Part shown: positions 48,179 through 55,920 of the stretch, in pieces | Position numbering within the stretch: the first letter of the stretch is position 1 | Layout of the letters: each line of letters starts with the position of its first letter | Translations under genes and position numbers: made by a program | Notes under the pieces: model-generated | Database searches by the model: none | What the model was told of the DNA's origin: nothing | Seen by the model: the letters and a program-made list of their open reading frames with translations, nothing else | NCBI GenBank assembly: GCA_040752695.1 | Contig: JBFMGO010000029.1 | Location: 1-55,920, forward strand | Reading direction: 5' to 3' | From: a bacterium | GTDB taxonomy: Bacteria; SZUA-182; DTGQ01 | Length of the DNA stretch: 55,920 bases

Positions 48179-50068
48179 ATGGACCTTAGGCAGCTTTTGA
48201 CTGCACTTTCCAAGAAGCAGGTAAGAGGGAGGGGCAATCCCGATGTGATCGGAGTCACTCAGGATTCCCGGTGCGTGCAGCCTGGATTCGTATTTGTGTG
48301 CATCAGCGGCTATCAACTGGATGGACATGATTATATCGAAGATGCGATTCGTCGCGGGGCCGTGGCTGTGGTAGTGGAAAAAGACGTTCCATTGGCAGGA
48401 GGAGAGGAAAAAGAACTCCCATCGGCAGCCGTAGCAGCACCTGAGGAAGATGCCCTCCGCAAAAAGAGTGCGGAGTCGTCTTTGTCTTTTGTCCGGGTGC
48501 GGGATGGAAGGGAAGCCCTGGCTTTACTGTCGGCGGAATTGTATCGGCACCCTTCCCGGAACCTGCGGGTTATCGGCATCACCGGCACCAACGGAAAAAC
48601 CACCACCAGTTACCTGGTGACCTCCATCCTGGAGGCTGCGGGCTTTTCCGTCGGCTTGACCAATACGCTCACCTGCCGGATCAAGGGGGAGGAGACTGCC
48701 TCGGTCAGGACAACCCCCGAATCCGTAGATCTGCAAAGAACCTTACGTCAGATGGCTGATGCAGGATGCAAGTATGCAGTAGTGGAAGTATCGTCACATT
48801 CGCTGGTCCTGAACCGTATTCTGGGCTGTGAATTCGACATCGGGATCTTGACCAATATCACTTCCGATCATCTGGATTTCCATAAGACCTTTGCCGAGTA
48901 CCGGCAGGCCAAACAGCGGCTGTTTTCGGGATTGGGCTCAAGCGATAACTGCCTTAAGCCGCATGAATCCGGCGGTGCGATGCTCCCCCCCATTCAGCCG
49001 GATGCAAGAATCCAAAAGCAGCCTCAAGCTGCGCAAATCCAAGAACAACCCATAGCTGCTGCGCGAATCCAGAAGCGGCTCAAAGCTGCGGTTTTGAATC
49101 TGGACGATCCCAGCTTTTCGGTTATCAGGGAAAACACCTCGGTGCCGGTACTCTCCTATGGCCTCGGCAGCCGGGGGGACTGGCACGGTTCCACCTCCTC
49201 TCCCCTTTCTTATGAGCAGGAATTACCCCATATCCGGGCGGACCGGATTGTCTTTTCACCATCAGGGATGAACTTCCAGGTCCATACTCCGAAAGGGAGC
49301 ATGGAAATTCACAGCCGTCTTGTCGGGCTGCACAATGTTTCGAATATTCTGGCTGCCATTGGTGCAGGAGTGGCCGAAGGGATCGATCTTGCCAGAATCC
49401 GGGAGGGCGTCGAGAGGATCTTTTCCGTGCCGGGGAGATTCGAGATCATCGACTGCGGCCAGGACTTTTGGGTAGTGGTGGATTTTGCCCATACGGCCGA
49501 TGCTCTACAGAACCTTCTGCAAACAGCCAGGCAGCTTGGACCGCGAAGAATCATGACCGTTTTCGGCTGTGGCGGCGACCGGGACAGGAGCAAGCGGTTT
49601 CCCATGGGCCAGGTGGCCGCAACCTTGAGCGACAACCTTATCATCACCAGTGATAATCCCCGCAGCGAGAATCCATGGACCATTGCCCGAAAGATCGAGG
49701 AAGGAGTGCGTTCGGCCACAGCATTCTCTCCCCCTTTTCTCAAGGGGGCCGGGGAAATCTCCATTGCGGAATGCAGGCCGGATATGGATGCAGGATGCAA
49801 AAGCAGTGAAGGTACAAGTAGTGAAGGTAAAAGCAATGAAGGTAAGAGCAGTGAAGGAAAGTATGAAATAATCCTGGACCGTTATCAGGCCATCGAAAAG
49901 GCTTTATTGTGGGCCAGGGCTTCAGATATGGTGTTAATTGCCGGTAAAGGACATGAGCAGTATCAAGTTATCGGATCACAATGCAGTCCCTTTGACGATC
50001 GGCAGGTGGCCAGGCAGATTCTCACCAGTCTGGTTACGGCCACGGCCGCGGAAGATAAAAAGAAGTGA
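48179..50068 (+). CDS. murE: UDP-MurNAc-tripeptide synthetase MurE (meso-DAP type)
   Basis: GITGTNGKTT, TTPES, EVSSH, DHLDFH, DFAHT, SDNPRSE, AGKGHE. Confidence 0.96.
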   Translation: MDLRQLLTALSKKQVRGRGNPDVIGVTQDSRCVQPGFVFVCISGYQLDGHDYIEDAIRRGAVAVVVEKDVPLAGGEEKELPSAAVAAPEEDALRKKSAESSLSFVRVRDGREALALLSAELYRHPSRNLRVIGITGTNGKTTTSYLVTSILEAAGFSVGLTNTLTCRIKGEETASVRTTPESVDLQRTLRQMADAGCKYAVVEVSSHSLVLNRILGCEFDIGILTNITSDHLDFHKTFAEYRQAKQRLFSGLGSSDNCLKPHESGGAMLPPIQPDARIQKQPQAAQIQEQPIAAARIQKRLKAAVLNLDDPSFSVIRENTSVPVLSYGLGSRGDWHGSTSSPLSYEQELPHIRADRIVFSPSGMNFQVHTPKGSMEIHSRLVGLHNVSNILAAIGAGVAEGIDLARIREGVERIFSVPGRFEIIDCGQDFWVVVDFAHTADALQNLLQTARQLGPRRIMTVFGCGGDRDRSKRFPMGQVAATLSDNLIITSDNPRSENPWTIARKIEEGVRSATAFSPPFLKGAGEISIAECRPDMDAGCKSSEGTSSEGKSNEGKSSEGKYEIILDRYQAIEKALLWARASDMVLIAGKGHEQYQVIGSQCSPFDDRQVARQILTSLVTATAAEDKKK

Positions 50069-50175
50069 TGAGAGTGAACAGAAGAATTCACCCCATGAGC
50101 CATTCGTCCATGGCTTTGGGGGAAACCTCCTGCATCGCCTTTCACACTTCGCACTTCAGATTGTGGAGCGAAAAG

Positions 50176-51786
50176 ATGATCGAGATAGCCAAAGACAGCC
50201 TGACCATTACGGATATCCTTACTGCCACGGGTGGGGACCTTTTGAGTGGAAGCAAATCAGCCGCTTTTTCCGGTGTTTCCATTGACTCCCGGACCATCAG
50301 GCCGGGAGAACTGTTCTGGACCCTGAAAGGGGACCGATTCGACGGACATACCTTTGTGAACGAGGTTATCACGAAAGGAGCAGCCGGTGCAATAGTCGGC
50401 CCGGACTTTCTTCCGGCCATAACCCCGGCACCGGACATGAACTGGCCGGTGGACAGGGTCCTGATCCGGGTAAAAGACCGGACTTTAGCCTTGCAGGAAA
50501 CCGCCAGATACCTGCGCAGGCAGTTTCCCGTCCCGCTGGTGGCCATAACCGGAAGTAACGGCAAAACTACGACCAAGGAGATGATTGCTTCGATCATGGC
50601 CTGTAGAGGAAAGGTGCTCAAAACCGAAGGGAACCGGAACAACCTCATCGGCTTGCCATTGACTCTGTTCGGCCTCTCGGCTGACGTCAAGGTGGCGGTG
50701 CTGGAGTTGGGCATGAACGCATTTGGAGAGATCCGGAGACTGACTCAGATCTGCCAGCCCACTATTGGCCTGATTACCAATATCGGCCCGGCCCATATTG
50801 AATTTTTCGGGTCATTGGAGAAAATCAGCCAGGCCAAAGGAGAACTGTTCGAAGAGATGCGGCCCGATGGTGTGGCTATTATCAACGGAGACGACCCCTA
50901 CTGCCTAAAAATGGCCAGCCTGCGGCATCGGCGTCTTGGCGATGAACGCCGGACAATCACCTTCGGTCTCAGGGAGGGCGCTGACATCCGTGCCCAGGGA
51001 ATAAGACAGTACGAGGAGTGCGTCTCCTTCACCCTTCACGCGGATGGGAAGAAGGTGGACGTTACGCTTCCCCTGGTTGGACAGATCAACGTGTATAATG
51101 CCCTGGCTGCTGCGGCAGCGGCAAGGGCTTTGCAGATACCTTTGTCCGTCATTCAAAAGGGGCTTAGCCAGGTCGTTTTACCTCCCATGCGGATGATGCG
51201 ATTGAAAGGCCCGAACGGCTCGATCATTATTAATGATGCCTATAATGCCAATCCTGTCTCCATGTGCTCGGCTATTGACGTTCTTGTCCAGAGTAAGAGG
51301 AGAGGTGAACCGGACCGCACAGGCGATCCGGCGCGTCATTCCGGAAAAACAGAGAGCCTCTGCGGCACAGAGAGCCTCTGTGGCCCAGAGAACCCCTGTG
51401 GCGCAGGGAGCCCCTGTGGCGCAGGGAGCCCCTGTGGCAGCGGGAATCCGCCGGCAGGGGGGAGGGCCTTTTTGATTCTTGGGGATATGCTGGAACTGGG
51501 GGCGGATTCCGAGAGGTTTCACCGCCAGGTTGGCTGGTTTGTAGCCAACAATCCCATTGATTTTTTGTTCACCTGCGGTCAAGCGGCACATTGGATTGCC
51601 GAAGAGGCCCTGGCCAATGGAATGAAAAAAGACCATGTCTTTTATGACCTGGATCACAGCCAGATTGCGGAAACTTTAAAGACTCTGATGGCTCCGGGAG
51701 ATCGTATTCTGATCAAAGGGTCCCGTGGAGCCAGAATGGAAAAGGTCGTCAACTTGTTGATGGATAAGGGGACTTCCCCAACATAG
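50176..51786 (+). CDS. murF: UDP-MurNAc-pentapeptide synthetase MurF
   Basis: SIDSRTI, TGSNGKTTTKE, ELGMN, INDAYNANP, GDMLELG, KGSRG; start probably ATG 50176 behind GGAG (ORF track starts 50065). Confidence 0.95.
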   Translation: MIEIAKDSLTITDILTATGGDLLSGSKSAAFSGVSIDSRTIRPGELFWTLKGDRFDGHTFVNEVITKGAAGAIVGPDFLPAITPAPDMNWPVDRVLIRVKDRTLALQETARYLRRQFPVPLVAITGSNGKTTTKEMIASIMACRGKVLKTEGNRNNLIGLPLTLFGLSADVKVAVLELGMNAFGEIRRLTQICQPTIGLITNIGPAHIEFFGSLEKISQAKGELFEEMRPDGVAIINGDDPYCLKMASLRHRRLGDERRTITFGLREGADIRAQGIRQYEECVSFTLHADGKKVDVTLPLVGQINVYNALAAAAAARALQIPLSVIQKGLSQVVLPPMRMMRLKGPNGSIIINDAYNANPVSMCSAIDVLVQSKRRGEPDRTGDPARHSGKTESLCGTESLCGPENPCGAGSPCGAGSPCGSGNPPAGGRAFLILGDMLELGADSERFHRQVGWFVANNPIDFLFTCGQAAHWIAEEALANGMKKDHVFYDLDHSQIAETLKTLMAPGDRILIKGSRGARMEKVVNLLMDKGTSPT

Positions 51787-51818
51787 TTAGTTTACCATGA
51801 GGAAAATGGATAAATAAG

Positions 51819-52895
51819 ATGCTCTATCATTTGCTGTATCCGCTTCATGACAGATATTCCATGTTCAATGTCTTTCGCTACATTACGTTTCGGACCGCCT
51901 ACGCCATACTGACGGCTCTTGTACTTTCTTTTGTCCTGGGGCCGGGGCTGATTGAATGGCTCCGGCGACTTCGAATCGGGGAAACTATCCGGGAGCTCGG
52001 GCCAAAACTCCACCAGAGCAAGGCAGGAACACCCACCATGGGAGGAATACTGATCCTCCTTTCCCTGATCGTTCCTACCCTTTTGTGGTCTGATTTGACC
52101 AACCGCTATGTATGGGTGGTCTTACTGGCTACGGTTTCCTTTGGTCTGATCGGCTTTGCGGATGACTATTTAAAGCTGCGCAAGAAAAAGGGGCTGTCCA
52201 TCCGGACGAAATTTTCATTACAGATTCTGGTGGCTACGGCTATCAGCCTGTATTTATATTATTTCCCGGCCAATTCGTATACGAGCGAGCTTACGGTGCC
52301 GTTTTTGAAAAACTTCCGGCCGAATCTTTACTGGTTTTACATCCCGTTCGCCATCGCGGTCATTGTCGGCACTTCCAACGGTGTCAACCTGACCGATGGA
52401 TTGGATGGGCTGGCCATTGGTCCTCTCATTATTTCGGCCATGGCTTTCATGGGCATCTGCTATCTGGCCGGACATGCCGCCTTTGCCAATTACCTGATGA
52501 TTATTAATGTCAAAGGAGCCGGAGAACTGACGATCTTTTGTGGAACCATGGTTGGAGCAGGTCTGGGCTTTTTGTGGTTTAATTCCTATCCTGCCCAGGT
52601 GTTTATGGGAGATACCGGATCACTCCCTCTGGGAGCGGCGCTGGGAACGGTGGCCATTATCACCAAACATGAACTGCTGCTCGCCATTGTCGGCGGATTG
52701 TTCGTGATTGAAACGGTATCTGTGATTATTCAGGTCTGCTCCTTCCGGTTTCGGGGGCGGAGGGTTTTTAATATGGCGCCCATTCACCATCATTACGAAC
52801 TGAAGGGATGGGCCGAACCCAAGGTTATTGTACGGTTTTGGATTATCTCCATCATTCTGGCCCTGTTGAGCCTGAGCACATTGAAACTGCGGTAA
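51819..52895 (+). CDS. mraY: Phospho-N-acetylmuramoyl-pentapeptide transferase MraY
   Basis: [38 protein letters not shown]. Confidence 0.98.
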   Translation: MLYHLLYPLHDRYSMFNVFRYITFRTAYAILTALVLSFVLGPGLIEWLRRLRIGETIRELGPKLHQSKAGTPTMGGILILLSLIVPTLLWSDLTNRYVWVVLLATVSFGLIGFADDYLKLRKKKGLSIRTKFSLQILVATAISLYLYYFPANSYTSELTVPFLKNFRPNLYWFYIPFAIAVIVGTSNGVNLTDGLDGLAIGPLIISAMAFMGICYLAGHAAFANYLMIINVKGAGELTIFCGTMVGAGLGFLWFNSYPAQVFMGDTGSLPLGAALGTVAIITKHELLLAIVGGLFVIETVSVIIQVCSFRFRGRRVFNMAPIHHHYELKGWAEPKVIVRFWIISIILALLSLSTLKLR

Positions 52896-52983
52896 CCGCA
52901 AAACCGTCTGCGAGTGCTGTGAGTGCTGCGATGCGGTATGCCCCGCTCCGGGGAAAAGGTGTGAACATGCGAGGAAGAAAACG

Positions 52984-53814
52984 ATGAAACGTACTGCAAT
53001 CCATGCTGCCGGTTTTATGTTTATGGTCTGCCATGCTGCCGGTCTTATGCTTATGGCCTGCCTGGTCCTTTCGTCCTGTACCGCCCTTCGTCACCATTCG
53101 AAAACCGGTCTCGACGACAGCGCGTTACGCCTTGGCACGGTACAGCTCAGCTCTGATTTGATTGTACGCCAATTGGCAGAAGGCATTTGGCTGCACACTT
53201 CCACAAAGAACATCGAGCAATACGGCGGGCCGGTTCCCTCGAACGGCCTTTTAGTGGTTACTTCGGATGGAGCGGTCCTTATCGACACAGCCTGGACCGA
53301 TGAGCAGACCACAAGGCTCCTCGATTGGGCTGAAGGCAGCCTTGGTGCAAAGGTTCGTCTCCTGATCGTCACTCATGCCCATGAGGACAGACTTGGCGGA
53401 ATCCGTGCCGCGCACGCTCGAGGGGTCGTCTCGCACGGATCGGACCTGACCGGTACGCTGGCTCAAAAAGGAGGATGGCCTCCTTTGATGGAGCTTTTTT
53501 CAGGACAGAGGTCATTGCAGGTCGGGAACCGGCAGATGGAGCTGTTTTTCCCGGGACATGGGCACTCGCCTGATAATATCGTTGTCTGGCTGAGCAGGGA
53601 ACGGATCCTGGTTGGCGGCTGTCTGGTTAAGGATTTACACGCAAACAATCTGGGAAACCTGGCCGACGCCGATATAAACAGTTGGAAAAATGCCATAATA
53701 AAGGTAATGACAAAATATCCCGGTGTAGATCTGATCATTCCCGGTCATGGCGAGCCGGGAGGAGAGAACCTTTTGAAGCACACCCTTATGCTTTTAAATC
53801 GGGTACATCCTTAA
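52984..53814 (+). CDS. Subclass B1 metallo-beta-lactamase-like lipoprotein
   Basis: SNGL, IDTAW, THAHEDRLGG (HxHxD), GHSPDN, GGCLVK (Cys221, Lys224), LGNLADA, PGHG; lipobox LVLSSC. Confidence 0.9.
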   Translation: MKRTAIHAAGFMFMVCHAAGLMLMACLVLSSCTALRHHSKTGLDDSALRLGTVQLSSDLIVRQLAEGIWLHTSTKNIEQYGGPVPSNGLLVVTSDGAVLIDTAWTDEQTTRLLDWAEGSLGAKVRLLIVTHAHEDRLGGIRAAHARGVVSHGSDLTGTLAQKGGWPPLMELFSGQRSLQVGNRQMELFFPGHGHSPDNIVVWLSRERILVGGCLVKDLHANNLGNLADADINSWKNAIIKVMTKYPGVDLIIPGHGEPGGENLLKHTLMLLNRVHP

Positions 53815-53843
53815 GAAAGAGTAAGGGATTGCGAGGATAGATT

Positions 53844-55322
53844 ATGCACATTTCGGAATTCAAGGGGAAAAGGGTTTTGATTGTCGGTATGGCTAAAACG
53901 GGTGTGGCCCTGGCCAGACTGCTGGCCGGGCAGGGAGCGCTGGTCACCATCAACGACATTCGGCCGGAAGAAGAACTGTGCGCCGCCTTGAATGACTTGA
54001 AGGGGCTTTCGTACCAATCGGAGTTCGGCAGCCACCGGGTCGAAACTTTCCTCAGGCAGGACCTCATCCTGGTCAGCCCCGGTGTGCCTGTGAATGGAGT
54101 ACCGGTCAGGCATGCGGCCTTCGAGGAAGCGCGAAAGCATAATATCCCGGTCTCCAACGATCTGGAGCTGGCCTTTTCCCTCACCAGTGCCCCTTTTCTC
54201 GCTGTGTCCGGAACAAACGGCAAGACCACCGTCACGAGCCTTTTGGGAGAAATCTTCAGCCGGGCAGGCAAGCGGGTTATCGTTGGCGGAAACATCGGCG
54301 CCCCCCTCTCCCCGCTGGTGTGCGAGCATTCCGATGCGGAATTCGTCATTGCCGAGGTGAGCAGCTTTCAGCTTGAAACCATTCACCGGTTCAGGCCGCT
54401 TGTGGGCATCATGCTCAATATTACTCCGGACCACCTGGACCGCTATGCCTCCTTTGAAGAGTATGTCGAGGCCAAGGCCCGGCTCTTTATCAACCAGGCA
54501 GCCGGTGATTTTGCCCTGATCAATGCCACGGATGCTGCCACACCGCACCTTTTGTCCATTCGAAGAGGAGCAGGAAAAGTGCTCTTTTTCAGGACAGATG
54601 CGCCGTCAGTATTCTTCACTCAAGATGCGTCGCCAGTATCCTCCACTCAAGACGCGTCGTCAGTATCCACTGAATATGGAAACGAGGGAGTGACGTTTCA
54701 GGGAAAGAATATCGTTGCCCGCATCGGCGGCCGGGAAGAGAGGATCTGCTCGATCGAGCAGGCAAAGCTTACCGGAGAGCACAACCGGGAAAATATCCTG
54801 GCTGCTGCCCTGACTGCCTGGCTCTGTCACCTTGACCGCGGCGTCATCCAAAAAAGCATCGAGGAATTCAGCGGGCTCTCCCACCGGATCGAATTTGTGG
54901 CCGAGGTCAGGGGCGTGCGGTTTATCGATGATTCCAAGGGAACCAATGTGGATGCCGTAGTTCGCGCCATTCAGAGCATTCAGAGGATGAATGGAGGAAA
55001 ATCGATCTGGCTGATTCTTGGAGGCAGAGACAAAGGGAATGACTATCAGCCGCTGGTCCCTCTGGTGAAAGACCGTGTCAAGGGTATTTTAGCCATTGGC
55101 GAATCCAGACAGAAGGTGAACCAGTTCTTCCGGGACATTGTTCCGGTTTATTGCATGGACTCTTTTAAGGATGCGATACAATGGAGTTTTTCGATAGCGT
55201 CAGCCGGGGACTCGGTCCTTTTGTCACCGGCCTGCGCGAGTTTTGATATGTTTGAAAGCTACGCGCACAGAGGAGAGGTTTTTAAACAGCTCGTTCTGGA
55301 GATTGCCCGGCAGGTTGCCTAA
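53844..55322 (+). CDS. murD: UDP-MurNAc-L-Ala:D-Glu ligase MurD
   Basis: SPGVP, GTNGKTT, GGNIG, EVSSFQL, DHLDRY, DDSKGTN, SPACASFD. Confidence 0.97.
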   Translation: MHISEFKGKRVLIVGMAKTGVALARLLAGQGALVTINDIRPEEELCAALNDLKGLSYQSEFGSHRVETFLRQDLILVSPGVPVNGVPVRHAAFEEARKHNIPVSNDLELAFSLTSAPFLAVSGTNGKTTVTSLLGEIFSRAGKRVIVGGNIGAPLSPLVCEHSDAEFVIAEVSSFQLETIHRFRPLVGIMLNITPDHLDRYASFEEYVEAKARLFINQAAGDFALINATDAATPHLLSIRRGAGKVLFFRTDAPSVFFTQDASPVSSTQDASSVSTEYGNEGVTFQGKNIVARIGGREERICSIEQAKLTGEHNRENILAAALTAWLCHLDRGVIQKSIEEFSGLSHRIEFVAEVRGVRFIDDSKGTNVDAVVRAIQSIQRMNGGKSIWLILGGRDKGNDYQPLVPLVKDRVKGILAIGESRQKVNQFFRDIVPVYCMDSFKDAIQWSFSIASAGDSVLLSPACASFDMFESYAHRGEVFKQLVLEIARQVA

Positions 55323-55370
55323 GGGAAGTGGAAGGGGATTGAAATTTGTTTTTGTTTAAGGAGATTGAGT

Positions 55371-55920
55371 ATGCCCAAGGCCAAGGCTTTTGATCAGGTT
55401 CTTTTTATTACTGTCCTTACGCTCGTGGGCATCGGTCTGATTATGGTGTACAGCTCAAGTGCCCTGGTGGCCGAGGGCTCCCATTATCAGGTATCATCTT
55501 TTTATTTTTTGGAAAAACAGACTTTCTATGCCGGGTTAGCCATTGTGGTTTTACTGGGCGCCATGCTCGTGCCCTACGAATGGTGGAGAAAACGGATTTA
55601 TGCCATTTTAATCTCCTCGGTCATCCTGCTGGCACTGGTGTTTTTCCCCTCTCTGGGGAGACGGGCTGGCGGAGCATGGCGGTGGCTGCATCTGGCGGGT
55701 TTCAGTTTCCAGCCCGCCGAGTTTGCCAAGTTTGCCCTGATCCTGTACATGGCTCACTTCCTGACCAAAAAGGCAGAGGTAATAGAGGACATGAAGGCCA
55801 TTTTTCTGCCCCTGTGTATTGTACTGGGGATCTCTTTGCTCCTGATCGTGAAGCAGCCGGACCTGGGCACCAGTATCCTGGTTATGGCCGTGGCTGTCTC
55901 CCTGATATTCGCGGCAGGAG
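55371..55920 (+). CDS. ftsW: Cell division protein FtsW (5' part, runs off the window)
   Basis: ATG 55371 behind AAGGAG reads MPKAKAFDQVLFITVLTLVGIGLIMVYSSS...GAWRWL..FQPAEFAK...QPDLGT; follows murD. Confidence 0.93.
   Translation, partial: MPKAKAFDQVLFITVLTLVGIGLIMVYSSSALVAEGSHYQVSSFYFLEKQTFYAGLAIVVLLGAMLVPYEWWRKRIYAILISSVILLALVFFPSLGRRAGGAWRWLHLAGFSFQPAEFAKFALILYMAHFLTKKAEVIEDMKAIFLPLCIVLGISLLLIVKQPDLGTSILVMAVAVSLIFAAG

Noticed and set aside
48179..51786. Insertions in MurE/MurF as inteins or introns
   Set aside because: Too short, no Cys/Ser...His-Asn splice motifs, frames stay open, and they are made of tandem repeats
1..55920. Numerous antisense and alternate-frame ORFs; tRNA, rRNA, prophage or transposase genes
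   Set aside because: Shadow ORFs overlap well-supported genes and lack motifs; no cloverleaf, rRNA, integrase or transposase signature was recognised by eye

Overview
Chromosomal window from an unidentified bacterium, probably an anaerobic diderm (inferred from lipoproteins, a FlgO-like protein and the redox genes). Left to right: an archaeal-type geranylgeranyl-reductase homolog, a radical SAM protein, a HAD phosphatase and recQ; a fluoride riboswitch upstream of a cation:proton antiporter and an MFS transporter; a minus-strand block of two giant Ig-rich lipoproteins (1605 and 2640 aa) followed by a FlgO-like lipoprotein and a homopolymer-frameshifted lipoprotein; a Uma2 nuclease bracketed by inverted repeats; a PDO/thioredoxin-reductase pair, GT4 glgA/glgM-type glucosyltransferase and family-4 UDG; an ABC-ATPase/G3E-GTPase/Fe-S module without a permease; a hybrid histidine kinase, a secreted beta-carbonic anhydrase, an apparently inactivated class I aldolase, a phosphohexomutase and a lipoprotein with four DUF302-like repeats; then the dcw cluster (mraZ-rsmH-ftsL-ftsI-murE-murF-mraY-[MBL]-murD-ftsW, cut at the window end). 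Four things stand out. (1) The tripeptide Asp-Pro-Asn is strongly enriched in exported proteins only. (2) A lipidated subclass B1 metallo-beta-lactamase sits inside the dcw operon. (3) Palindromic elements and tandem microduplications are inserted in frame in essential housekeeping genes. (4) The fluoride riboswitch precedes transporters that are neither Fluc nor CLC-F. No rRNA, tRNA or CRISPR array was seen. All calls come from motif reading by eye; no searches were run.
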